The translations under genes were made by a program, and so were the position numbers. A stretch of 64,000 nucleotides of DNA, from positions 1 through 64,000 of the forward strand of contig JAHLWZ010000450.1 in NCBI GenBank assembly GCA_020536535.1. Direction: 5' to 3'. A model generated the notes under the pieces. That model was not told where the DNA came from. It worked only from the letters and a program-made list of their open reading frames with translations, and searched no databases. The first letter of the stretch is position 1; each line of letters begins with the position of its first letter. Of this stretch, positions 1 through 11,000 are shown piece after piece. This DNA comes from Pelomyxa schiedti. Lineage: Eukaryota > Protista > Evosea.

Positions 1-2
1 AC

Positions 3-685
3 GCACTTGGAAAGCAAGCTGCTGCACTCGAAACGGAAAAGCAAAGCGCACTTGAACAGCAATCTGTTGCACTCCACACAGAAAAGCAAAACGCACTTGA
101 AAAGCAATCTTGTGAGCTCAACACAGAAAAGCAAAACGCACTTGAAAAGCAATCTGCTGAGCTCAATGCAGAAAAGCAGAACGCACTTGAACAGCAATCT
201 GTTGCACTCAATGCAGAAAAGCAAAATGCACTCGAAAAGCAAGCTGCTGAACTCAATGCAGAAAAGCAAAACGCACTTGAACAGCAATCTGTTGCACTCA
301 ATGCAGAAAAGCAGAACGCACTTGAAAAGCAAGCTGCTGAGCTCAATGCAGAAAAGCAAAACGCACTTGAACAGCAATCTGTTGCACTCCACACAGAAAA
401 GCAAAACGCACTTGAAAAGCAATCTTGTGAGCTCAACACAGAAAAGCAAAACGCACTCGAAAAGCAAGCTGCCGAGCTCAACACAGAAAGGCTGAAGGAC
501 CTAGAGCAAAAAGAGGCTGCACTCAGGAAAGAGCAGCAGAAGGCACTCGAAGAGCAAGAGATTGCACTCAGGAAGGAGAAGCAGGAGGCACTTGAAGAGC
601 AAGAGGCAACACTCAGGAAGGAAAAGCAGAAGGCACTTGAAGATCAAGAGATTGCACTGAATGCAGACAAACAAAGTGCACTCGA
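3..685 (+). CDS. Partial coding fragment of the 15-aa coiled-coil repeat array (variant of 12700-13246)
   Basis: Frame starting at base 3 reads ALGKQAAALETEKQSALEQQ...KDLEQKEAALRKEQQKALEEQ. It is near-identical to the 12.7-13.2 kb part of the large gene but has extra units and substitutions. Ends at the N gap. Confidence 0.75.
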
Positions 686-785
686 NNNNNNNNNNNNNNN
701 NNNNNNNNNNNNNNNNNNNNNNNNNNNNNNNNNNNNNNNNNNNNNNNNNNNNNNNNNNNNNNNNNNNNNNNNNNNNNNNNNNNNN

Positions 786-1400
786 TCAGGAAGGAGAAGC
801 AGGAGGCACTTGAAGAGCAAGAGGCAACACTCAGGAAGGAAAAGCAGAAGGCACTTGAAGATCAAGAGATTGCACTGAATGCAGACAAACAAAGTGCACT
901 CGAAAAACAAGAGATTGCACTGAATGCAGACAAACAAAGTGCACTCGAAAAGCAAGAGATTGCACTGAATGCAGACAAGCAAAGTGCACTCGAAAAGCAA
1001 GCCATATCACTGGGTGCAGACAAACAAAGTGCACTTGAAAAGCAAGCAATTTCACTTGATGCAGAAAAGCAAAGTGCACTGCAGCAGCAAAGAAGCACAC
1101 TCGAGGAGGAAATGCAAAGTGCCCTGAAACAGCAAGCAATGGCACTGAGCACAGAGAAGCAGAACGCACTTGAGCAGCAGCAAGCCGCACTGAGCACAGA
1201 AAAGCGGAACGCGCTCGAGCAGCAGGAGGCCGCGCTCAAGGCGGAAAAGCAAAGTGCACTCGAGCAGCAGGAAGCCGCGCTCAAGGCGGAAAAGCAGCAG
1301 GCACTCGAGCAGCAGGCAAGTGCACTGGATTCCGAGAAGCAAAAGGCTCTTGAACTGCTGGCAGCCACACTCAAGGCAGAAAAGCAGCAGGCACTTGAAC
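786..1400 (+). CDS. Partial coding fragment of the 15-aa repeat array (variant of 9480-10050), flanked by gaps
   Basis: Reads RKEKQEALEEQEATLRKEKQKALEDQEIALNADKQSALEKQ... It has one more QEIALNADKQSALEK-type unit than the 9.5 kb copy, plus point differences. Confidence 0.75.
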
Positions 1401-1520
1401 NNNNNNNNNNNNNNNNNNNNNNNNNNNNNNNNNNNNNNNNNNNNNNNNNNNNNNNNNNNNNNNNNNNNNNNNNNNNNNNNNNNNNNNNNNNNNNNNNNNN
1501 CGTTCATTGAGTGACCAACA

Positions 1521-2036
1521 ATGCAGGCTCCAGTGTACACATATCCTTTTTGTACCAACTCAATGCCTCAGCAGCCTGGCTCCTGCAGTAACACTGTTCT
1601 TCAGGCTGTCTCAGCACCAGGCCATCCTCAATACTACGTAGGAGCTCCCAGACCCATAACCCCGAACACGCAACAGCCCGTCACCGCCGTGGCCTACCCC
1701 CAGCCGATGTCGATGCCGCGCCCCACTGTCCCACAGCAGCAAACATCACACGCACAGCAGTCGTCGGCGCCGCAGAAACAGGCCACGTGCTCGGGCCCAC
1801 TGTGCACCAGCTGCGCCGGGGCCACCGCCGTGATGAGGCTGCTGAAACAAGAAGTGTCGGACGCCAGGGACATGATACAGTTCTTCAAGAGACAGAACGA
1901 GGAGCTGCAGAGCAACTTCTCTTCAGTGCTGGCGAGAAACGGCGACATGAACAAGCAGATCGAGGCACTGACGGCCCGCGTGCACGAACTGGAGGCCCAG
2001 ATCCCCACTCGCTCGGTTCACGCAACTCGTTGGTAA
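1521..2036 (+). CDS. Hypothetical protein, Pro/Gln-rich N-terminus with C-terminal coiled coil (possibly 5'-incomplete)
   Basis: 171-aa ORF with GC3-rich codons and a heptad-like segment (LLKQEVSDARDMIQFFKRQNEELQ...IEALTARVHELEAQ). It starts 20 bp after a gap. Confidence 0.5.
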   Translation: MQAPVYTYPFCTNSMPQQPGSCSNTVLQAVSAPGHPQYYVGAPRPITPNTQQPVTAVAYPQPMSMPRPTVPQQQTSHAQQSSAPQKQATCSGPLCTSCAGATAVMRLLKQEVSDARDMIQFFKRQNEELQSNFSSVLARNGDMNKQIEALTARVHELEAQIPTRSVHATRW

Positions 2037-2148
2037 TCTTCAGCGAAGTGTGATGAGTGTTTTTGTGTCTCGGAACAGAAAAAAACCGCCCTTCAAAAAG
2101 GCGATAACAGACAAGAAATGTTCGGCTTTTTCTATTCTCGTATTCGAC

Positions 2149-4059
2149 ATGTACGACGACGTATCACTGTGGCGCGGGACGCAACAACAAGAGGGGGTAG
2201 AGGAGGAGCGTGAGGAAAGCAGCGACAATAACGCGCCAACCTCGTGCACCACCAGTAGCTCCCAAGACGGTTCATGCCGCGGGCGCAGTCGTGGCAGTGC
2301 TCGTGGTGCCGCCCGCGGCGGCCGCGGTGGCGCCAGCAGCAACGGGGCGCCGGCCGCGAGGCCGAGAGGGGGCCGCGGCGGCTCCACCGCCTCCTCTTCC
2401 TCGTACTCCGCGTCGTCGTCGTCACCAGGGGCAGCGGAGTCGGCGACGGCTAGCGCGGTGATGGTGGCCGAGCGCGGCCACGAGCTGCTCGCGTCGTCTC
2501 GTGGCGGCGGCTGTGGCAATTGCACCAAGTGCGGGCGCCGATGCACAGAGCCGGTGAATTGATTTGACTTGATTTGATTTGACTTGACTTGTTGTTGTAC
2601 TTTTTGTACTTGCACTGCAGTGGTGGACATCGATTGCTTCAGTCTCTTTGTTTATCAATTGATTTTATTTATAACTCTTGTACGAAATAGGGACATTCTT
2701 TGTGCAAGGCATGCTATGGATTGAGGTGGGTTCTTCATTTATCCCACAAGGCTAACTCATATGCAGGTTCAAAAAGACAGTTCCAGTCGGTACAGTCCCT
2801 TGCGCCGAGTGTGGAGTTAATATGGCCAACGAGGTGAACAACCGTGCTTGTTTGCGTGAATTCTCACCTACCATTGCAGGGCTTTAATTTTTGTGAAGAG
2901 TGTTTCCTTAGAGCGGAGCAGGCCGGTCTCTGCCGAAATTGCCACCAAGAGAAGAAAAAACCAGTTGGGTGCTTTCAAAAGCTTTTGTTTTCTATTAACT
3001 TCCAAGTAGGGATCAGGAATGTGCTATGATTGCTATGCGGACACAGAGGAAGCAAATCTCTGTCATCGGTGCCAAAGAAACCAAAGAGAAGATAAAGCAT
3101 GTCACTTCAAGAAATAACCCACTCGATTAACTGTCATTATAACAGAGACATAAATGGTGTCATGAGTGCTTTGCCGAAAGGTTTCTGTGCATCATTTGCC
3201 ATACTGCCAAGCGATTGCAAGGCAGCAAAACTTGTTCTTCCTGTGTCCCAGTATGTGGAAACAGGGGAAAAAAGGATAGATCTTAACCTCCAAACAAGGA
3301 CACAACACTGCGCCCACCCCCAGCAATGAAGGAGCAAAGACTAATACAACAATTCTACAACAGTTGGGTGGATCCAAGGCGCCCCACAGTAATTGGTGTC
3401 TACGGTGTATGGAATACCAACTCCCATGTCCGGCACCTCGCCTACAATAAGACACTTCCGCCATCTGCTCGCAAGCCTAAAGTGCACCTGTTGAGGTTGT
3501 GGCATGGAACTACCATGCAATGCGACGTTTGGGCAGCAAATAAGGTTTCCAAGATTTTTCCAAAATCGCCAACACATCTGACAGCTTCATGCAGACTTTA
3601 TGCACACAACCAACGTGTGCTGTGTGTAACATTGGAAGAACAGGGTTTGATATTAGATTTGCCGCGGCAGGCGAATGGGGGCGCGGCTTGTATTTTGCAC
3701 ACAACGCCAGTAAAGCACATGGCTTTGCCACTGGCAGCATAAAGAATAACATCTGCTGCCTGTTCTTGTGCAAGGTTTTTTTTCACCTTCTATTGCAATC
3801 CAGCCCAGTCACTTTCCATTCCAAACTCATCCAACCAAACACAGGTCACTGCCGGTGTCAGCAAAGTGATGCCTCAAAGAGATAGGTCATTGGCAGCACC
3901 ACCAAATGGCTTTCATTCAGTTTTGGGAACAGCCAACCCTCTTCCTGAGTTGATTGTCTATGATCGGTAATAGACACCATTCCCACAAAAAAAGTCACTT
4001 ACCATACTCATAGTGATGCTGCTTTACCAGCCTGGTTGGTTTTCTACCAGCTTAATTGA
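2149..4059 (+). CDS. Multi-exon protein with tandem CxxC...CxxC Zn-ribbon repeats and a C-terminal PARP-like ADP-ribosyltransferase domain
   Basis: Spliced reading gives CTKC/CKAC, CAEC/CEEC, CRNC/CYDC, CHRC/CHEC and CIIC/CSSC pairs. These are followed by LWHGT, CAVCNIGRTGF, WGRGLYFAHNASKAHGF, LFLCKV, GFHSVLG and PELIVYD..AALPAWLVFY, giving an H-Y-E type triad. Confidence 0.75.
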
Positions 4060-4157
4060 AGTTCTTAAGCCTCAACAACAGTGCAAATAAGTACCAGCAA
4101 ACAAGAAAAAAGAAGTTTCTTTTCCATGTCAACTACGAAGTAATGTGTTTGGTTGTG

Positions 4158-4870
4158 TTATGGTGAGTCCCTTCTGTGTTTGCGTTGGGTCATTGGAACA
4201 AGAGCTTTCTGTGCACCCTGAGTGACATTTGTTGGGATGTTCCATAATCGCTGGTTGCCACTCATTCGGAAAGGTAAAGTGAGTCTCTCTGGGTTAGAGC
4301 AAAGCCACAAGAATTCACTGTCATTGGGGTCACGTTGGTTTTCCTCCGTTGATTGGTACCTCTTTTGGTCAATGCAATCAACTACCTGTGAGTCAAGTGA
4401 AACTGGCGGGATTTCTTTCATTGGCGTGGCTATGGTGGTAATAATTGCCAATCGTTTGTGCACAAACCCAATGCAATAATAATATGTCATACTTCAACTC
4501 GCCCAACGAGGGCACCCAGAGGATAGTCTTTGGGGAATTGTAGGTCCTCGTCAGGTGATAGCAGCCTGTATTGTTCCTACAACGCCAATGAAAAAAAAAA
4601 AAAGGACGGTGCAAATAAGTGAGCAGCACAAGGGACTACCTCCAGCGATCGTATCACATCCGGGTCCGGCTGTTTGGATGCAGCGTGTATCCACAACTTC
4701 CCGCGGTGGTTGGTAGTCCAATTACGCCCCTCGGCGGTCTTGATCCCATACACCAACAGAGATGCCCACGGCTGATGCAACGTGAGAGCCTTACTTCCAC
4801 CACCCGGCGACGACGCATTTGTTGCTGTCGCAGTTCCGGAACCTCTTCCTCTCCCTCGCACCGCTGCCAT
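4158..4870 (-). CDS. ASCH (ASC-1 homology, PUA-like) domain protein
   Basis: KALTLHQPWASLLVYGIKTAEGRNWTTNHRGKLWIHAASK, then YPLGALVGRVE|VVDC and GNQRLW across two GT-AG introns. Confidence 0.9.
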
Positions 4871-5094
4871 TGCGTGTCTCAAGCTCTGATTAATTGCAAT
4901 CAAATGTCATCAATACGCACAATTCACTGAAGTGACATCTCTGCAGGCAAATGACGTCTCCCTGTCGATTGATCGTTGAAGTCATTTTTTTAAACAAACA
5001 AAAAACGAAACCTCCACACCAACACGGACACTCAAACGAAGGTGTGTTGTTTGGTTGTGTGTGAGGGAACGACTGTAACCGCAAGATCTACGAG

Positions 5095-8000
5095 ATGTTT
5101 CGACGTTCAGGGAGTGGTGTTAAGCAGAGGTACCGTATCACGTTCGTGGTGGGAACGGGTCTGCCGGCGACAGCGGCATCAGCGGCGGTGACGTGGAAGA
5201 GAGGCGCCAAGAAGGAGAACCAGGGGACCGGCACACCGCGGCCTGTTGTGAACGGGGCGTGCGAGTGGAATGAAGCAATAAGCATTGTCTGTACTCTGTT
5301 CAAGGACGGCCCAACTTATGTACTTACTGTGTGGGGGATGCGGGCGTTAGTTATATGTTATTTTTCATGAACTTTCTCAGCTAGATATATTTTAGGATGC
5401 CAAGAACATCATCTTCTGCATAGAAGAAAGAGGGGGAAAGAAAAAACACACCCTGGGTAAGACCACTGTAGACTTGAGTGAATATGCTGACCTTGGTGGA
5501 TCCACAAAGACTGCTACCCTTACCTTGACCAAGAAAGGGAAGGACAAGAGTTCAAAAGACAAAACACCCAAGTCCACAATGGGTCTTGTGGTATGCAGCC
5601 TTCGCTGTACCTTTTTCCTCATTACTTGGTCTTGATAACTTATATATGTATCAGGTGAAGTTTTCTTCTGAGAATATGGGTGCATCATCTGGGTTAGTAA
5701 AAAATTATTTATGGGCACAAACACGAAATTGATGTTTACTGCAGAGAAGATGAAACAGAAATCCTGAAATCAGAAGCTGATGTTTGTGCATCTTTTTGTG
5801 TTTTTATACTCCTTATTCCCTCCCAGGAGGAAGAAGATGATAACGAAAAGGTAAATTTTGAGACCCTGGCTTCCAGCACTACCACTACTACAACCACAGC
5901 ATCGATATCACCCCCTCCAAAACCTTCCCCGGATATGTCTGTAGTTCAAGGTAAGAAGAACCCAATACCCTTAGCACAACTAATCAGCAGATGTTGAAAT
6001 GATGATGCAACTGAGGCAACAGTTGATTGACCTTGCAAAGGAACGGGAAGAGCTGAAAGAGCAGCTTGAAGAAAAGAAGCACTCAGCAAATAAATACAAA
6101 AAGAAGGCCACTGAATTACAAACAGCATTGAGGTAGAGTGTTTTCTGAAACATAAAAAATAAATAGTTCAATTCAACAACACCACCATGTAAGATTGTAG
6201 CAACACTTTTGATACCTTTACTTTAAAGTCAACTTTGACAGTGCGAGTATCCCAGCAAGTGAGCAAGAGGATCTCAAAAATCAATTGGCCACCCTTACAG
6301 CAGAAAAAGAAAAGCTTCTATTGGACAACAAAATCATTGCCGGTAACAAATGGAGCTAAGTTAGAGTATGATTAAATTATGTTAGACACCGCACAAGAGT
6401 TGGAATCCCAACAGGCCAAGACTAAAAGACTGCTTGAAAAATCTGTACGAAACCACACCCTTAACATTGTTTGACCCCACACAGCAAAAAAAACAGTTGG
6501 ACCTCACAGAGCAACTGTCTGCCATCCAAAAAGAATTGGAAGCACAACAAAACACAAACCAGGAACTTCAGAAACAGCAGGAAAAATCTATTTCTGAAAT
6601 AACACAATTGCAAGAGCGAAGCCAGGTGCTAGATGTTGAATTGAACAAGAGCAACCTGAGAGCTCAGGATTTTGAATCCAAGTGGAAACTGTCTGAAGAT
6701 AACGTTTCACAGCTTCAGCAGAGGGTATCAGAGCTGACAACACAATCCGCAGCGGAAATAGAGCGCCTTAACCAGCAACATGGACTCGACCTGAACAAAT
6801 TGGACCAACAGCTAAAATGTCTGCAAGAAGAAGTTGAAAAGCAAACAACAACTATCGCGTCATTAGGCAATCAGGTGTCTGATGCAAGACAACTTGCAGC
6901 CGATTTTGAGCAAAAATACAAGGGAAGTGAAATGACTGTCACGCAACTTCAATCAGAGAGGGCTATGCTAAAAAAGGAAAACTGTGGCATTCAAGAAGAA
7001 CTCCAGAAGGTCAGATGCACATCTGAGGCTACAATCACACAACTAAATTCGGAGATCGATTCACTGAGGACTAAAAACGACTCTCTTCTTCAAACTGCAT
7101 CCAGTACAAAAGCGGAATTGGAAAATTGTGACAAATTACTAAAGGATTGCGAAAAGGACCTGGAATTACACAAAAATAAGCTCAAGGAGTGTGAGTGCCA
7201 ACTGGGCCTTAAGCAGCAGAAATTGGATGAAACTGAAACTCTGCTGCAGCAATCCAAGATGGAGCTGGAGAATTACACAAAGGAAATGGAGTGCAAGCTT
7301 GAAGAGCAGGGCAGACATCAACGCGAAATGGAGGCTGACCATGAAAACGCCCTGAAACAAGTGAACAATGACCTGGAATCACACAAGCAACAAGTGAGGG
7401 CACTTGAAGACAGCTTGAAGACATGCAAGCAATGCAATGACGCCCAAGAAGTTGAATTGAATCAAAAGCTTGAGCAAATTGGGTCTCTCAAGGCAGGACT
7501 AGCTGAAAGCCAGCAACATGGTGAGAAGTTGGAAAATGAGCTTGAACGTCTAAACACACTTAATTCATCACTTGAACTTAAGCAGCAGTCCCTTACAGCG
7601 CAGCTGGAGGATTTTTCAAGGAAAATCACCTTGCTGGAGGAGCAAATATCCAGTGGAGATAACAAAAACAGGGAACTTGAGTCGGAATTGAGGAACCTCC
7701 TGCAGCACAAGGGAAACCTGGAACTTGATCTCTCATCACACAAGGAGAAAAGCACAGCCCTCGTGGCCCAATTAACTGCAGAGAAAAGCCAACTGGCATC
7801 CCAGATTCAAACAGCCAATGAAGAATTCCTCAACCTGCGGGCAGATTTTGAGAAGGAACAGCGGCACAACAAAGATGTTGAAGAAAAGCTCCAAAAGAAA
7901 CGGAACACCTGCAAGTCACTGAAGAAGGATTTGGAAGAGAGGAAAAATTCAATCAGTGCCCTGGAAGAAAAGCTTGCCCAGCACCAGCAGCAGAACACAG

Positions 8001-11000
8001 ATTTACAGGAAAAGCTTGCAAATATGCAACAGGATAGTGCTTCAGTGAAATTGGAACTGGACAACAAAGCCAAGTATTGCCAAGACTTGGAAGCCCAGAT
8101 ATTGATGCACAAAGAGCAATACAAGAGCATTGAAGAAGAGTTAAAGCAAGCTAAATTAAGTTGCAGCCAGTGCTTTGCACGCATCCAAGAACTGGAAGCC
8201 GGGGCACAGGAAAGCGAGAAACAGATGCAAGCACTCAGAAGTGACCTGAATAACAGTGCGCAAAAGTTCCAGGACCTGGATGTTCAATCCAAAGCGGAAC
8301 GGCAGTCCCTGGAATCGCATATAAAGGACATTTCACAGGAAAGCGAAAAGCTGAAGTTGCAGCTTGATGCCAATCAGCACCACAGCCAACAGCTGCAAGA
8401 ACAGCTTGAAAAAGAGACCGCTTCCAAAGCGGCAGTGGAAGCCAATTTTGCTGAACTTAACAAACAAAAAAAAAGTTTGGAGGATGACCTCAAGGAGCAC
8501 AAAGAACAGCTTGCCAGCCACTTGCACACAATCGCACAGCTTGAATCGCAACTCAATCTTCAAAGAGAAACTGTGGAGAAAGAGCTCAGGGATAAAATCG
8601 GCGTGCTTGAAGTTGAGCTTTCAGAGCAGAAGAATGCCTATTCTCTGCTGGAGAACAACCTCCAGAACAGCTCCCGGCAACTTCAGAATTTGACTGACGA
8701 ACTTGAAATTAAAGTGCAGCAACACAATTCACTGAAAGAAGACATCAACAAAGAGAAGGAACGCAACACACAATTTACACTCATGGTAGAGGAGTTAAGA
8801 GGCCAACTTGCAGAACTAGGTGCCAAGTATGAGGACTGCAAGCAAAGCAACTCTGTGCTTAAATTAGAAGTGGACAAGAACAAAGAAGTCATTGCGCAAC
8901 ATGAATCCAATTTGCAACAAAAGAGCGTGGTGATATCCAGTCTGGAAGGGGAAATTGCCCAGATCAATCAAAAGAAAACAGAAATGGAACTAAGCTATGA
9001 GCGAGCACTGGAAGAACAGAAAATAGCACTGAACAGTGAAAAGCAAAGTGCACTCCAACAACAAGAGGCCGCACTAAACACAGAAAAACGGAACGCACTC
9101 GAGCAACAGGCAAGTGTATATAATGCCGAAAAGCAGAGTGCACTTGATCAACAGGAGGCTGCACTCAACACTGAGAGGCAGAACGCATTGGAACAGCAAA
9201 AGATTGCACTTGAAGCAGAAAAAGAAAACGCACTTAAAGATCAAGCAGCCACACTCAACACTGAGAAGCAAAGTGCACTTGAAGACCAGGCAACCACACT
9301 TGGTGCAGAAAAAGAGAACGCACTTGAAAAACAAGCTGCTGCACTCAACACAGAAAAGCAAAACGCACTTGAAAAACAAGCTACTGAACTAAACGCTGAA
9401 AAGCTTAAGGACCTAGACCAAAAGGAGGCTGCACTCAGGAAAGAGCAGCAGAAGGCACTTGAAGAGCAAGAGATCACACTCAGGAAGGAGAAGCAGGAGG
9501 CACTTGAAGAGCAAGAGGCAACACTCAGGAAGGAAAAGCAGAAGGCACTTGAAGATCAAGAGATTGCACTGAATGCAGACAAACAAAGTGCACTCGAAAA
9601 GCAAGAGATTGCACTGAATGCAGACAAGCAAGGTGCACTCGAAAAGCAAGCCATATCACTGGGTGCAGACAAACAAAGTGCACTTGAAAAGCAAGCAATT
9701 TCACTGGATGCAGAAAAGCAAAGTGCACTGCAGCAGCAAAGAAGCACACTCGAGGAGGAAATGCAAAGTGCCATGAAACAGCAAGCAATGGCACTGAGCA
9801 CAGAGAAGCAGAACGCACTTGAGCAGCAGCAAGCTGCACTGAGCACAGAAAAGCGGAACGCGCTCGAGCAGCAGGAGGCCGCGCTCAAGGCGGAAAAGCA
9901 GCAGGCACTTGAGCAGCAGGAAGTCGCACTCAAGGCGGAAAAGCAGCAGGCACTCGAGCAGCAGGCAAGTGCACTGGATTCCGAGAAGCAAAAGGCTCTT
10001 GAACTGCTGGCAGCCACACTCAAGGCAGAAAAGCAGCAGGCACTTGAACAACAGGCAAGTGCACTGGATGCCGAGAAGCAATGCGCCCTGCAACAGCAAG
10101 CAAGTGCACTGGGCGCCGAAAAGCAAGCGGCACTCGAGCAGCAGGCAACCACACTAAACGCAGAAAGGAAGGATGCGCTCGAGCAGCTGCAATCTTCACT
10201 CGACGCAGAGAAGCAGAAGGCACTTGAGCAACAAGCAAGTTCACTGGAAGCCGAAAAGCAAAACGCCTTGCAACAACAGGCAAGTTCACTGGATGCCGAG
10301 AAGCAGAACGCCCTGCAACAACAAGCAGCGGCGCTCAACGCAGAAAGGAAGGATGCACTCGAACAGCAAGCGGCTTCACTCGAGGCAGAGAAGCAGAGTG
10401 CACTGGAACAGCAGGCCAACGCACTGGAGGCACAGAGGCAGAGCGCGCTGGAGGCAGAGAGGCAGTCGGGTGCCGCCAAGTTGGCAGAGCTCAAAGGGCT
10501 CATGGAAAGCTCACTGGAACAGCAAGCCAAAACACTCGAGGCAGATAAGCAGAGCGCACTTGCACAAGAGAGGCAGAACGGCTCTGACAGGCTTGCAGAG
10601 CTCAAGCAGGCCATGGAAAGCCAGCTCGAGGCAGAGAAGAAGTCCAGCTCCGACAAGCTGGCGGAGGCCAAAGAGGGCATGGAGAGGGCACTCCAAATGC
10701 AGCAGCAGCAACACCAGCAGGAGCAGGAGCAGGCAATCGCGACAACGACTTCACAGCTCCGGCTGGAGGCGGAAAGGGAAAGGGAAACCCTGAGGAGGGT
10801 GCTTGAAGAAGAAGCTGCACGAGTTGAAAAGGAAAGGCGCCTTGAACGCGAGCAACGCGATTCGGCATACGAGCAAGAGCTGGCCAGGCTTCGTCAGCTT
10901 CTGCAAGAAAAGGAACAAGAGCTCAAGGATAAGCTCGAGGCGGAAAGGCAGAGTTGGTCAGCCAAGCTTGCTGACCTCAAGCGTGACATGGACAATGCAC

